A stretch of 64,000 nucleotides of DNA from a plasmid. The notes under the pieces were generated by a model. That model made no database searches. It was not told the origin of the DNA and was given only the letters and a program-made list of their open reading frames with translations. Below are positions 48,746 to 59,205 of this stretch, piece after piece (the first letter of the stretch is position 1; each line of letters starts with the position of its first letter). A program made the position numbers and the translations under genes. The stretch lies in sequence record NZ_CP019224.1. One strand, given 5' to 3'.

Positions 48746-48966
48746 CTCACGGAAGTTTCCGTGGCTGGGCGGCCTCGCCGCGGCCATCACCGTAGCGGTG
48801 CTGCTGATCGCGGTGGCCATCCACGGCACGCTGCAGGTGATCGACGACGTTGCCAACCAGGTCACAGACGCAAGTTACCAGCCCTAACGTTGCCCTCATC
48901 GCCGCGGCCAACTTCGCAATGGCCAGGGCGACAACAATAATCACGACCAAAGATCGGGAATCACCA

Positions 48967-49533
48967 ATGGCTGATACGCCGCACTTCCTCGACTCCATTG
49001 ACGTCGACCCAGCAGACCCAAACAGCAACGATCCCTGGGGGACGGACCCGGAACCGCGCTACGCACGCTTCGAGGCCGACGACGCTGCGGTACGCAAGGA
49101 CGCAGCGATAGATTTCGCCCTCGACGAGGCGCATAGCAATGCCCGATGGTCGCGCATTTACTCCGACTGCGCGCGTAGTGAAGCCAACCGGGCCACGATC
49201 TACCGTGACACCGCCGAGACCTGGGCCGCCTGCTCGGATATCGATGCCGACAGAGCAAGTGTGAGCGCCGGCAGTGCCTGGTTAGCTGCGGAGACGGCTA
49301 ACCTAAGTGCTGAAATCGCCGGCAGTGCAGCGCGATCGGCCACCGCGGATCGCCGCCTGGCGTTTAGCCTGACCATGTTCGTGCTAGGGCTCATTCTTGG
49401 CGTCATGCTCGCTGTCCTGATCTATCTGTGGGTGATCGCGATTGCCCACGATGCAGCGCCTGGAACGCCAGGGCTACTACCGCACCACGGTGCCACACCG
49501 ACTGCAGACCAGCAGTTCAAGCTCGCATCGTGA
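48967..49533 (+). CDS. hypothetical protein with C-terminal TM helix
   Basis: 188 aa from an internal ATG (MADTPHFLDSIDVDPADPN...). C-terminal hydrophobic helix FSLTMFVLGLILGVMLAVLIYLWVIAI. Confidence 0.4.
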   Translation: MADTPHFLDSIDVDPADPNSNDPWGTDPEPRYARFEADDAAVRKDAAIDFALDEAHSNARWSRIYSDCARSEANRATIYRDTAETWAACSDIDADRASVSAGSAWLAAETANLSAEIAGSAARSATADRRLAFSLTMFVLGLILGVMLAVLIYLWVIAIAHDAAPGTPGLLPHHGATPTADQQFKLAS

Positions 49534-49560
49534 TCTGACAAGCGCGAAAGGCGTTCGCGA

Positions 49561-49887
49561 ATGAACCCATCACCGCTGCCGGCGACACCCACTGAGGCGC
49601 CACCACATCTCTGCCACGCTCGCGGCTGCGACACTGAGATTGAACCGCGGTTATTCATGTGTCCGGCCCATTGGGCTCAAGTACCACCTGTGCTTCGTGA
49701 GTCGATCAAGTCGACCTATCGGCCAGGCCAGGAACTCGACAAACAGCCCAGTGAGCAGTACCTGGCATTCGCGGCCGCCGCGATCGCCGAGGTAGCGCAC
49801 AAAGAAGAACGGCAGCGGCAGCGAGGCCGCCGCGCACCTTCCAAACCGGTGCAGCTGGCCCTGTTCGACGTCGCACCCAGACGATGA
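49561..49887 (+). CDS. small Cys/His-containing protein (possible zinc-binding)
   Basis: 108 aa. CHARGCDTEIEPRLFMCPAHW gives a C-H-C...C-H spacing suggestive of a zinc ribbon. Basic C-terminus. Confidence 0.35.
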   Translation: MNPSPLPATPTEAPPHLCHARGCDTEIEPRLFMCPAHWAQVPPVLRESIKSTYRPGQELDKQPSEQYLAFAAAAIAEVAHKEERQRQRGRRAPSKPVQLALFDVAPRR

Positions 49888-49929
49888 AAATTATTTTTGA
49901 AGATTGCAGCGCAAGGAGATTAGGGCAGG

Positions 49930-50256
49930 ATGCGCGAAGGCGATGGCGACCCGCCACGGTATTTCGTGGCGCTGAGCTCGGGAACCGGGTACCTCACTGA
50001 CCATACCGGTCTTGTCGAGACGCTTCAGCGACAGAGCGAGTTTGATTGGTACGTGGCCGAAGACGTGCCCATGGTCCCCACTATATGGATAAGCGTGGGC
50101 GACAGTGAGTTTCGGCAGCTCCGGATGACACGGAGACACGTCGGCGGCTCCCGAACCTGCATCGAAGAGCAATGGACGCTAATCGACACACGTACCGGGC
50201 AAGTGGTTGAACGGCTCACCACTTCCTACGCCGAACCCGAGCCGGGGTGGGCCTAG
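49930..50256 (+). CDS. hypothetical protein
   Basis: 108-aa ORF, no motifs. Confidence 0.35.
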   Translation: MREGDGDPPRYFVALSSGTGYLTDHTGLVETLQRQSEFDWYVAEDVPMVPTIWISVGDSEFRQLRMTRRHVGGSRTCIEEQWTLIDTRTGQVVERLTTSYAEPEPGWA

Positions 50257-50355
50257 GAGCAGCACCGCTTGGCGATTCTGAACTAGTTGGTGGTTACGAC
50301 ATGTCCTATGCCGCTGAGAGAATGCCGCAAAGATAAGAATCGAACTGGGGTGGCG

Positions 50356-50877
50356 ATGAGCATTGAAGATGACACGTTGGGGCCGGCCGATGTCACGTTC
50401 AGTGACGGTCAAACGGAGCGGTACGCGGCCGTTGAGCTACTCAATGATGGGGTTCTCAAAACCACGCAGCGCGCCGCGTTCGAGCACCCGGAGTTCGGTA
50501 CCGGAATCGGCGAAACACAGGTGCGTTACCACGCGCCACACACGTGGCGCTATGTAGAGCTCGTGGCCATCGAGAACGGCACCTTGTGGGTCAGCGACGC
50601 CGACTGGGAGAGCGAAGAAGCCGCCAAATGGGAACAGCTCGCAGGGTGCGTCTCGGTCGAAAACGCGTACCAGGTGATCGCCGACTATTTGCTAAAGCAC
50701 TACGCCAAGTACTACGGAGCGCACGCCCTGGAGAGTGCCCGGACGACCTTCAACCTTGAGCCCAATGAATCACGGGCGTCAAAAGAGGTCAGGAACGATG
50801 AGGGCGAGCCCCGGCGGCTGGCCTTCCGCTGGGCAAGCACCCCGAGGGCGACGGGGCCTTTTAGCCCTTTTATGTGA
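50356..50877 (+). CDS. hypothetical protein
   Basis: 173 aa from an internal ATG (MSIEDDTLGPADVTFSDGQTERYAAVELL...). Acidic. No motifs. Confidence 0.35.
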   Translation: MSIEDDTLGPADVTFSDGQTERYAAVELLNDGVLKTTQRAAFEHPEFGTGIGETQVRYHAPHTWRYVELVAIENGTLWVSDADWESEEAAKWEQLAGCVSVENAYQVIADYLLKHYAKYYGAHALESARTTFNLEPNESRASKEVRNDEGEPRRLAFRWASTPRATGPFSPFM

Positions 50878-50920
50878 AAGACGGGGGCGCACCAAATTGG
50901 GCTGAGCGTCGCGCACGGCC

Positions 50921-51532
50921 GTGGTGTCTCGGTATGGTTTTCCCATGTCGTTGCTTGCGACGTCGCCGATGATTTCGGATGTCTGGGTGGCTCAACGGCT
51001 GCCTGACTTGCCACCGGCCCGTGAGTTTCTGATGTCAGCCGGGTTCGGCGGGGCTGCGGCCCTGCTGGCAGCCCTCGTGTTGGCCGCCGTCGCACTGTTT
51101 GCGGTCGGGCGGGCCACCAAGCGCTACCAGCAAATTCGTGATGCCGAACGCGACAATGCGACAGTCCAGCAGTGCTGGCAGCGGCTGGTGTGGATAGTGG
51201 AAACCGCCGGTGTAGAACCGGCCGACAACCAACGCGCCACCGTGGGATTGGGGCCAGAATTAGCTCTCGAACTGCTGCGGGGTTTGTTGCGCGACGCTGA
51301 GGATCTGCGCGCCGACACCCTCGCCGAGGCGGTCACGGTCTATCTGAACGAATTCTCGCGGCTCTTGGCCCACCAGGGCAGCGTGCCCTCAGAACCGTCC
51401 GCTACAGCCCCGGCCGACCAGCGGCCACGAGGAAATCAGCCCGCGGCCGAACCGGCACAGACTAATGGCGCACCGCCCGAGACCCCCAGCAAAGTGGCGG
51501 TCGCCAGCGATCGCCGCCGTCAGCGCCGATGA
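50921..51532 (+). CDS. membrane-anchored hypothetical protein
   Basis: 203 aa. A hydrophobic helix (AGFGGAAALLAALVLAAVALFAV) near the N-terminus. A Pro/Ala-rich C-terminus. Confidence 0.4.
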   Translation: MVSRYGFPMSLLATSPMISDVWVAQRLPDLPPAREFLMSAGFGGAAALLAALVLAAVALFAVGRATKRYQQIRDAERDNATVQQCWQRLVWIVETAGVEPADNQRATVGLGPELALELLRGLLRDAEDLRADTLAEAVTVYLNEFSRLLAHQGSVPSEPSATAPADQRPRGNQPAAEPAQTNGAPPETPSKVAVASDRRRQRR

Positions 51533-52896
51533 CACACCTGCGGCAGCACATCGAGGAACTCGACGTCGATCGCTGGGCGCCGATCACCAAACGGGCCGCC
51601 ACCGCCGCGGTCGATGCTGCGCAGCGGCACGGCAAAGCCTCGCCTGCAGAGGTAGCCGCGGCGGCCGCGATGAGTGAATCTGAGCTCATCGAGCACCGCA
51701 ACCGCGAAGGCCCAGCACCGCAACATCTTTCACCGGTGATGCGGCTTGTCGAGGCCGATCATCGTCGCGCGGTAGCCGAGCATCAGACGCGCCAGGCCCA
51801 GCAGCTCCAACGCGACGCGGAAGCGGCCGCACAGATAGCTCGCAGCGAGGCCGCGGAGTCCGCCCGGGCGGCCGCCGAGGCCCGCGAACAGGCGCGCAGA
51901 GCAGACACCGCGGCCGCGAGTAAGGCCGCCCAACACGCCGCCGAACTTCGCAGCGCCCAACAGACTTTGGACGAGCTGCGCGCCGAGCTCGAACAGGTAC
52001 GCGCCGACGCCGCCACCGAGCAGACCACGGCCGCCGAGCAGCTGCGCGCCGCCAATGAGCGGGCCGAAGAACGAGCTGCAGAGCGCCGCGAGGAACGCGC
52101 AGCCGCTCAGCAAGCCCTCGAAGAGGTCCGAGCCGAGCTCGAAAGGGTACGCGCCGACGCCGGCGCCGAAGTAGCAGCCGCCCAGGAGCAGGCGCGTGCC
52201 GCACAGGAACGCGCCGAACAACGCAGCGCCGAGCGGGCCGCCGAGCGCGGTGCAGCGCACCAAGCCCTAGAAGAGTTGCGCGGCGAGCTCGAAGAGGTCC
52301 GCGCTCGCTCGGCGGCCGAGGTCGCGGCCGTGCAGGGCCGCGCCGATGGCGAGGTTGCCACGGTGCGCGCTGCACTGGCACGGGCCCGGGCAGAAGCTGA
52401 CGACGCTGTGACGGCTCTACATGCGGCTCAAGCAGAGGCCGCGCAGGCACGCGCAGAAGCCGAGCAGGCCCGCCTGGCCGGCGCGGGCGCCCCGGATCTG
52501 CTCAGTGTTCCTATTCCCGCCCCGGAAGTGCGGGCGCATACCGGCCCGATCGAAGACGCGCTCTCGGCGGTCGCTGCCCTTGACCAGGTACTGGAAGCCG
52601 GCATGATCAGCGACGGTCAGCCGGTCGACGGTGAGGCTGTCCGCGCCCTGGTGGCGACGGTGCAGCGGCAAGCCGCCGATCTGTCTGAGCAGTTACACGC
52701 CTTGTCGGCCCGGTACAGCGATGGTTGGCAAGCCCACGCCGCGCACACCTACGTGGGCGCGGCTACCCAGGCATACGGCGGCCTGCTGGCCCGAATCGCC
52801 TCGGCGACACAGCGGCTGGGCCAGCAAGATCCGACCGGTGACGCGGTGGCTGAGGTGGTGACGGCGATGCTCGACGCTCATCCTTGGCGGCGTTGA
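51529..52896 (+). CDS. coiled-coil protein with internal tandem repeats
   Basis: 455 aa. The ATGA overlaps the previous stop. The central region consists of about three imperfect ~45-aa repeats (QQALEEVRAELERVRADAGAEVAAAQEQARAAQERAEQRSAER...). Extremely Ala/Glu/Arg-rich. Confidence 0.5.
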   Translation: MTHLRQHIEELDVDRWAPITKRAATAAVDAAQRHGKASPAEVAAAAAMSESELIEHRNREGPAPQHLSPVMRLVEADHRRAVAEHQTRQAQQLQRDAEAAAQIARSEAAESARAAAEAREQARRADTAAASKAAQHAAELRSAQQTLDELRAELEQVRADAATEQTTAAEQLRAANERAEERAAERREERAAAQQALEEVRAELERVRADAGAEVAAAQEQARAAQERAEQRSAERAAERGAAHQALEELRGELEEVRARSAAEVAAVQGRADGEVATVRAALARARAEADDAVTALHAAQAEAAQARAEAEQARLAGAGAPDLLSVPIPAPEVRAHTGPIEDALSAVAALDQVLEAGMISDGQPVDGEAVRALVATVQRQAADLSEQLHALSARYSDGWQAHAAHTYVGAATQAYGGLLARIASATQRLGQQDPTGDAVAEVVTAMLDAHPWRR

Positions 52897-52936
52897 GACC
52901 GACCGGACGCCAGATGGCGAATTTCGCCACCAAAAC

Positions 52937-53230
52937 CTACACGGGTGGGACGGCACGCAGCAGCTGATCTAGATGCGGTGCGGCGACGCTGTGCTGGTAG
53001 GCGCTAAGGCAGTCAGTGAGTTCAGCTTTGAGGTCGGCGGGCAAGGGCACGGCGTGCTGCACTAGCGCGCGCAAGACAGTGGTAATGGCGCGGTAGGAGT
53101 CACCTGCACCGAGCACGGCGTAAAGCTGGGCACTTTCGGCGGCGGAAAGAGACGGGCTGGTGACGTCGACCAGCTTCCACGCCAAATCGGCTTCGGCCCA
53201 GGTGTCCACATGGTTATTGTCGCGGGACAT
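52937..53230 (-). CDS. small hypothetical protein
   Basis: 97-aa ORF, downstream of and on the same strand as the relaxase. No motifs. Confidence 0.3.
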   Translation of the reverse strand: MSRDNNHVDTWAEADLAWKLVDVTSPSLSAAESAQLYAVLGAGDSYRAITTVLRALVQHAVPLPADLKAELTDCLSAYQHSVAAPHLDQLLRAVPPV

Positions 53231-53313
53231 CGATGAAAGCGCTGCCCGACGCGAGACGGTGGTCTGGGCCCGTGCCGGGAAAAATTACACTGCTGCACCC
53301 ACACGGTGGGCGG

Positions 53314-56300
53314 TTAGAGTTCGAGGCCGTTGCCGCGGTCTTGGTCGCGGCCGCGTGCGCGGTCGCGGGCAGCGATGGCATCCAATCGTGCTGTGCTGGT
53401 GGCGATGTCGGCCAGCTGGCCGAGAACCTGGTCGCGTTGGCGCAACAGTTGCTCGGCGCGGCTGCGCTCGGTGCTGGGCGTGTTGGTGGCGGCCACGTGG
53501 TGGGCGGCGCGGTCGATGGCGGTGCGGGTCTGGCGATACTCGGGGTCGGGGACGCCGAGTTGCTGGGCGTGCGGCAGGTCGTTGGCCAAGACGGTGAGCA
53601 GCGTGTGGTCGGGTTGCTGTTCGCCGGGGGTGGCGATGAGCAGGAGTTTGGTGTTGGTGGCGGCGGCGCTGTGGGCGAGCCAGCGCAGCTGATCGGCGGT
53701 GAGGGCATGGTCGTCGTCGACGATGAGCAGGCTGCCCAGCGGTAAGGTGCGGTGCTTGCTGGTGACATCGTCGCGGTAGGCGTCGATGGTGGTGGTCGCG
53801 TCGGCGTAGGTGCGCTCGGCGGACTCGGTGTCGGTCACTGCGATGGCGGGCTTGTTGTGGTGGTGGGCGGTGGCGGCCAGGGCGGCCAGTGCGGCGGTTT
53901 TGTCGGCGCCCGGGTGCACGTGGAGCAGTTGGACGCTGTGGATGTTGGTGGTGATGGCGGTGACTGCGCGACGGTGCTTATCGTCGAGGGCTTCAAGGGC
54001 TGCCGGCGGGGGGCTGTACATCGCGGCGGGGCTGGCCGCGCTGGCGGCGGCAAGGAAGTCGACTTCGGCGTGGAGTTGGTCTAGGTCGGCGCCCAGATCG
54101 TAGGTGTGGGCGGGGGTTTGGGCCAGGGCACGGGCCGCGGCGGCTTCGGCGCGGGCGAGTTGGTCGTCGAGGGCGCGGGCCTGGCGGCGGGCGGCATTGA
54201 GGGTTTCGGTGTCGGCGCGCAGTGCGTAGGCGCGCCGGTCGTGCAGGTGTTGTTCGGTGACGATGCCGGCCGCGCCGCCGACGGTGGCGATGAGTTCGGC
54301 GCGGGCCTCATCGAGGCGGGCGCGGGCGGTGCGCACGGCGGTGTCGACCCGCTCGGTTTGTGCGCTGGCTTGGTTGTGGTGCTGCTGGTAGCGGTCGGCG
54401 GCGTCGTGTTCGCCGCGTTCGGTGGCCGCGGTGATCGCGGCCTCGAGCTGGGTGAGGAGTTGGCGGTGTAGCTCGGCGGTGTCTTCGGCGTGCACCCAGC
54501 GGGTGTGCGCGGCGGCTAGGGCCTGCTGGTAGGGGCGTTGGTCGACGAGCTGTTGGTGCAGTTGGGTGAGCTCGGCGGCGGCTGCGCGTTCGGCGGGCCC
54601 GCCGCCGCCGGTGAGGATGGCGTCGGCGAGCTGTTGTGCGTGCTGGTGGGCGGCGTCACGGTGGGCCCGCAGGCCGGGGATGTCGATGTCGTCGACGCGG
54701 GCGGGTGTGGCGGGCCGGGTGGTGGGCAGGTCGGCGATGTCGAGGCCGGCGAGGTCGTCTTCGACAAAGCCGTAGGGGTAGTCGTAGGGGTCGGGCGGGG
54801 GCTCGTGCAGATCGGCCTCGCTGATGAGGTGCTCGTTGAGGTCGAATTGTTGTTGGCCGGTGGGTGTTTCGGCTTGTTCGGCGGGGTGGGGGACGTCGGA
54901 GTCGATGGTGGCGGCGTGGTGGGCGAGCAGCTCGACGCGGTAGGTGAGCAGGCGGGCGTACTCGTCGGGGCGGATGGTTTGGGTGGCCGAGATGTCGTGG
55001 AGGTGTTCGGCGGCCGCGGCGAGCAGATCGTGCGGGGGCCAATCGGCGGCGGTGACCGCGGCGACCAGCCCGGGCCAGGCGGGATCGGTGATGACGGCCT
55101 CGGCGATGCGGGTACCTAGGAAGTGGTGCAAGTCGGCGGTCCAGGCGGGCCGCAGCTTGGTGTCGGTGCCTTCCAGTGAGGGGGGTGCCAGCGTACCGGC
55201 CAGTCGCCACCACAGGGCCGCGGCGGGCATTTCGGCGGGCAGGGGCCCATGTTGGGCCACGGCGTCGTGCAGCAGGGCGGCGACGTCGGCGCCGGCGCGG
55301 GCGGCGCCGTCAAGGTGGGTGGCCAGCCGCGGCCAGAACGGGTCGTCGGCGATGTGGGGGTCGAGGGTGGCGGTGAGTTGGCGCCAGCGGGTGGTGTCGG
55401 CGCCGGCGCGGGTGAGGGCGTCGTCGAGGCGGGTGTGGATGGCTTGTTGGACGATGGCTGAGCGGGTGGCGTTTTGGTGGGGTCCGGTGATGCGGGTGTC
55501 GGCTGGGTCGACGTTGTGGGCGGCGCGGAAGACGGCGATTTCGGCGAGCAGGTTGCGGTGGTCGTCGAGCAGGGGGCGCGCCCATGCCGGTGCGGTGGCG
55601 GCATCCCAGCCGCGGGCGGTGGTGCGAATGTTTTCGGCGAGTTCGCCGACGAGTTGAGCGCGTTGCTGCAGGCAGGTCGCCCACGTTGGATCGGCGGCCA
55701 GGACGTCGGGGATGGCGGGTAGCCAGCGCAGCGGGCCGAGGTCTGCGGCGGTGTTGCCGATGGGGGCGGGCAGGCGCCAGTCGAGTACGGCGGCGGGGTC
55801 GTGCGCGTCGCCGAGCTGGGTGGCCGCGGCGTCGTGTAGGGCGGCGATGGGGTCGTGTCCTTCGATGGCCAGCAGGGCGAGGTGGCGGCGCAGGACGGGC
55901 CATGCTTGGGCTTCGGTCACCTGGTGGGGAAGCGCGGCGGCGGTGGTGTCGATGCGGGCCATGACGGCAGGGCCGGCGTGGTGTTCGGCGCCGGCGGTCA
56001 GGGCGTCGGTGTACATGTCGGCGACGCGGTGCAGCCGGTTGAAGGGGTCGATGTGGGCGGCGGCGGCGCTGTGGGCCGATAGTTGGGCTCCGTCGCGGGC
56101 CAGGATCGCGGAAAGAATGTCGACGGCGGTGGGGGGGTGGGTGGCTTTGGGCGCCAGGATGCGGTGCGGGTCGGCTTCGGCGGTGGAACCGTAGCAGTGG
56201 TTTTCGGTGCGGCCGCGGGTTAAGGCCACGTAGAGCTGTTGGCGGGTGAGGCGGTCGGAAAGGACGGTGTGGCAGGTGCCTTCGATGTCGCGGCGCCCGG

Positions 56301-59205
56301 CGGTCATACCTTGGGCGGCGTTGATGGTGCTGGCGTAGCCCAAGGTGGTGTGGGTGCCCACATAGCGGGCGGGCAGTCGGACCGGGGTGGCTCGCCCACG
56401 CAACGGAACAACGGTCAGCGAGCCGTCTTCGTGGACGGTGCGGATGATCCAGCGGTGCCCGTTTTTGACCCATTTGCCGCGTTGTGCGGTGCGCAGCCAG
56501 CGGGCGTTTTTGCGGGTGGCGATCCAGTCGCCGGCTGAGGCGGTCAGTCCGTCGGCCAGGGTGACGGTCGTGGCGTCTGCGGGGCTGGTGGGTTGGCTGG
56601 TTGTCTGGGCTAAGCGGTCGAGGCGGGCGCGTTCGTTGAGTTCGGCGACGAGCTCGTTGGTGGGGGCTAACAGGATCGAGTCGCGGCCGGCGGCGATGTC
56701 GGCCGACCAGGCTCGGTAGGCCATGTCGGCGGCGGTGGCATCGGCGCCGACATGGACGCGGTGGTGATCGATGTAGAAGCCGATGCCGGCGGGGTCGCCG
56801 GCGCGGATGGCCAGGCTGGCGGCGGCTTCGGCTTGCCCGGTCTCGGGGTGAGTGAAGCGCACGACGGTGCTCAGAGTGACGGTCTCGTAGCGATCGGCGA
56901 GGTCACGCAGGATGCCGCCGGCGGAGATGGAAGCCAGCTGCTGGTCATCACCGATGAGGCGCACACTGGCCCCGCGTGCCAGGGCGTGGGCGATCACGAT
57001 GTCGAGATCCAACGTGGAGGCCATACCGGCCTCGTCGATGATCAGCAGGGTGTCAGAGTCGATGGCGGTGAACCATTTTCGGGCCGGATCATCGGCGGGT
57101 GCGGGTTCGCCGGCGCGGGTTTCGGTGAGCTGGACGAGTTTGGCGATGGTGTCGGTGGGAGCGTTGAGGTCGGTGTTGAGAACTTCGGCCGCACCGGCGG
57201 TGGGGGCCAGCCCGATCACGTTGCCGCCGGCGTTGCGCCAGGCGCCCGCCAGTGCGGCCATCGCGGTGGTTTTCCCGGTGCCGGCCGGGGCTAGGGCGAG
57301 CTGGACGCGGGCCCCCGAAGACGCCATTTCGCGTACCAGCGCCACCTGGCCGGCGTTGAGCTCGACGTCTTGGTTGGCTTGGTATTCCAGCAGCGCCAAC
57401 CCGATGCTGGTGTCATCGACGGTGCGGCCATCGCGCAGCCCGGCGGCCGCCAAAATCCGCCGCTCCGCCGACAAGATGTCCGCGCTGCTATACACCGTGG
57501 TGTCGTGGCGGGTGTAGACGCTGGAACCGTCGCGGCGGCGCAGGGCGGCGGGCTCGTTTTTCTCCGCGTCAGCATCGGTGGTCAAGGCGACACTGTGCTC
57601 GCTTAAAGCGCTCGCCACGAGCCGGTTGACCAGTTCGGGGCCGCCGGGGTGGTTGGCGTAGCGCAGCTCGCGTTGGGCTTCGGCGCGGACGTGGTTGATC
57701 GTCCAGGTGGCCCGGGATTCTGAGACGGTGGCGATGATGGCGGCGGCGTGCTCGTGGACCCATTTGTCGGTGATCTCGACCCGTTGGGACACCGCCTGAT
57801 TCGTGACGTCGGCGACCATGGCGGTCAGGGCGCGCTGGCTGCCCAACACCTCGACGGCCTGCACCCGCCACACGTGGCGCTGTTCACCCAGCGAGCGCGG
57901 TTCGTGCTTGGCTTGGCGGGTTTCCAAGGTGGCCCGTTGAGACAACGCGAGCATCTCGACGACGGTGGGTTCACGGCCATGGTCGACCTGGAATTGCTTG
58001 GCCAGCTCACCGACACGATGGTCAATGGCCGCGCTTCGCGAGGAGAATTTCTCGATCAAAGCTGTAGCCATGCCGACGATTTCGCGCACCGGGCGTTTGC
58101 CGCGTTTGGCGGGGGTTTCGGCGAAACGCACACCGAGCTTTGCGATGAGCAGCGCTTCGATGCGGGTGTTGTAAAACTCTGATGCGGCGACGGTGGCGTG
58201 GTGCAGTGGGGTGCCGTCTAAGGCCAGCCAGCGCGGCACCCCATCGGGGCCAATGACTTGTACCTTGTTGCTGACCGCGGCGTGGGTGTGCAGGTTGGGA
58301 TCTCCGGCGCGCGAGTCGCGGTGATCGAAGGCCGCCACGATCAATCCGGTGCTGTTGACTTGGGCTACGCCGTGGGCCCCCATGCGCGCAAAGGCTGCTT
58401 GGTCTTCGAGAAATTCCAGGGTTTCGGCCACGGCCTGGCGGTGGCATTCCTCGATCCCTTGGGCGATCGGTGTCGGCGCGATCGCCCACAGCGCCGAGAC
58501 GGATTTGACCGGGGTGAAGGTGAGGTCATAGCCGGCCACCGCGGTGGTGGCCGCGCGGGAATTGCTGGCGATAAACCCCGACAGTTCTCGTTCATCAGCC
58601 GGTGGGCGAGAGTAGGTTTCGGTGAACATTTCACGCGCGAGTGCGGTGCGGATGCGGGCCTTAATGTCGGCGGCGAGGCTGGCGTGCTCCTCGTTGCCCA
58701 CGGTGGTGTTGTAGTCGCGGTAGGCCTGGCGCAGCCGGGTCATGAACTGGTTTTTGGTGTTGTTGGTAGCGAACGGGCGGCCTAGCCGCACGGCGGCGAT
58801 CTTGCCCGCCTGGGCGAGGCCAAATCCGGTGAGATGGTGGGTGATTCGGTCGGCGTTGGGGTGGAGTCCTTCACCGAAAAGGGCTTTCATTTGGTCTTCG
58901 CTGACTTGCGATCCGTGCGGCACCGACCACAGTTGCGCGACCAAGGGGTCTGCGGGGTCGCGGGAGACGGGCTGGCCGAGTGCGGCCAGCCCGCGGCCCA
59001 TCCAGGTGCCCGGAGATTCGCCTTTGGCGCTGTAGTACTCGCCCAGGCTGGGACGGCCCCGGTCGGTGGCATCCGAGGCGGCGACTTGGCGAATCAGATA
59101 CATGTAGCCATCGCCAGCGGTCAACTTGTGTAAGCCCATCACCGCCGCATCACCACCAATCCACCGTGACATGTGCTTGAGTGTTACGCGACGCCCGCGC
59201 GACAC
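53314..59205 (-). CDS. MobF-family conjugative relaxase/helicase (TrwC/TraA-like) with long C-terminal extension
   Basis: 1963 aa. The N-terminal relaxase domain has the histidine triad region DPNLHTHAAVSNKV. A RecD-like helicase P-loop LAPAGTGKTT at about aa 640, with Walker B LLIIDEAGM. A UvrD-C-like region. The C-terminal ~900 aa are Ala/Leu-rich with a second, degenerate P-loop-like pair (HPGADKTAAL; LLIVDDDHAL). Confidence 0.9.
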   Translation of the reverse strand: MSRGRRVTLKHMSRWIGGDAAVMGLHKLTAGDGYMYLIRQVAASDATDRGRPSLGEYYSAKGESPGTWMGRGLAALGQPVSRDPADPLVAQLWSVPHGSQVSEDQMKALFGEGLHPNADRITHHLTGFGLAQAGKIAAVRLGRPFATNNTKNQFMTRLRQAYRDYNTTVGNEEHASLAADIKARIRTALAREMFTETYSRPPADERELSGFIASNSRAATTAVAGYDLTFTPVKSVSALWAIAPTPIAQGIEECHRQAVAETLEFLEDQAAFARMGAHGVAQVNSTGLIVAAFDHRDSRAGDPNLHTHAAVSNKVQVIGPDGVPRWLALDGTPLHHATVAASEFYNTRIEALLIAKLGVRFAETPAKRGKRPVREIVGMATALIEKFSSRSAAIDHRVGELAKQFQVDHGREPTVVEMLALSQRATLETRQAKHEPRSLGEQRHVWRVQAVEVLGSQRALTAMVADVTNQAVSQRVEITDKWVHEHAAAIIATVSESRATWTINHVRAEAQRELRYANHPGGPELVNRLVASALSEHSVALTTDADAEKNEPAALRRRDGSSVYTRHDTTVYSSADILSAERRILAAAGLRDGRTVDDTSIGLALLEYQANQDVELNAGQVALVREMASSGARVQLALAPAGTGKTTAMAALAGAWRNAGGNVIGLAPTAGAAEVLNTDLNAPTDTIAKLVQLTETRAGEPAPADDPARKWFTAIDSDTLLIIDEAGMASTLDLDIVIAHALARGASVRLIGDDQQLASISAGGILRDLADRYETVTLSTVVRFTHPETGQAEAAASLAIRAGDPAGIGFYIDHHRVHVGADATAADMAYRAWSADIAAGRDSILLAPTNELVAELNERARLDRLAQTTSQPTSPADATTVTLADGLTASAGDWIATRKNARWLRTAQRGKWVKNGHRWIIRTVHEDGSLTVVPLRGRATPVRLPARYVGTHTTLGYASTINAAQGMTAGRRDIEGTCHTVLSDRLTRQQLYVALTRGRTENHCYGSTAEADPHRILAPKATHPPTAVDILSAILARDGAQLSAHSAAAAHIDPFNRLHRVADMYTDALTAGAEHHAGPAVMARIDTTAAALPHQVTEAQAWPVLRRHLALLAIEGHDPIAALHDAAATQLGDAHDPAAVLDWRLPAPIGNTAADLGPLRWLPAIPDVLAADPTWATCLQQRAQLVGELAENIRTTARGWDAATAPAWARPLLDDHRNLLAEIAVFRAAHNVDPADTRITGPHQNATRSAIVQQAIHTRLDDALTRAGADTTRWRQLTATLDPHIADDPFWPRLATHLDGAARAGADVAALLHDAVAQHGPLPAEMPAAALWWRLAGTLAPPSLEGTDTKLRPAWTADLHHFLGTRIAEAVITDPAWPGLVAAVTAADWPPHDLLAAAAEHLHDISATQTIRPDEYARLLTYRVELLAHHAATIDSDVPHPAEQAETPTGQQQFDLNEHLISEADLHEPPPDPYDYPYGFVEDDLAGLDIADLPTTRPATPARVDDIDIPGLRAHRDAAHQHAQQLADAILTGGGGPAERAAAAELTQLHQQLVDQRPYQQALAAAHTRWVHAEDTAELHRQLLTQLEAAITAATERGEHDAADRYQQHHNQASAQTERVDTAVRTARARLDEARAELIATVGGAAGIVTEQHLHDRRAYALRADTETLNAARRQARALDDQLARAEAAAARALAQTPAHTYDLGADLDQLHAEVDFLAAASAASPAAMYSPPPAALEALDDKHRRAVTAITTNIHSVQLLHVHPGADKTAALAALAATAHHHNKPAIAVTDTESAERTYADATTTIDAYRDDVTSKHRTLPLGSLLIVDDDHALTADQLRWLAHSAAATNTKLLLIATPGEQQPDHTLLTVLANDLPHAQQLGVPDPEYRQTRTAIDRAAHHVAATNTPSTERSRAEQLLRQRDQVLGQLADIATSTARLDAIAARDRARGRDQDRGNGLEL

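Noticed and set aside
53752-58785. Numerous plus-strand ORFs (up to 237 aa) inside the relaxase gene
   Set aside because: All are antisense to a continuous 1963-aa ORF with recognisable relaxase and helicase motifs. Their composition is Gly/Arg-rich, as expected for the complementary strand.
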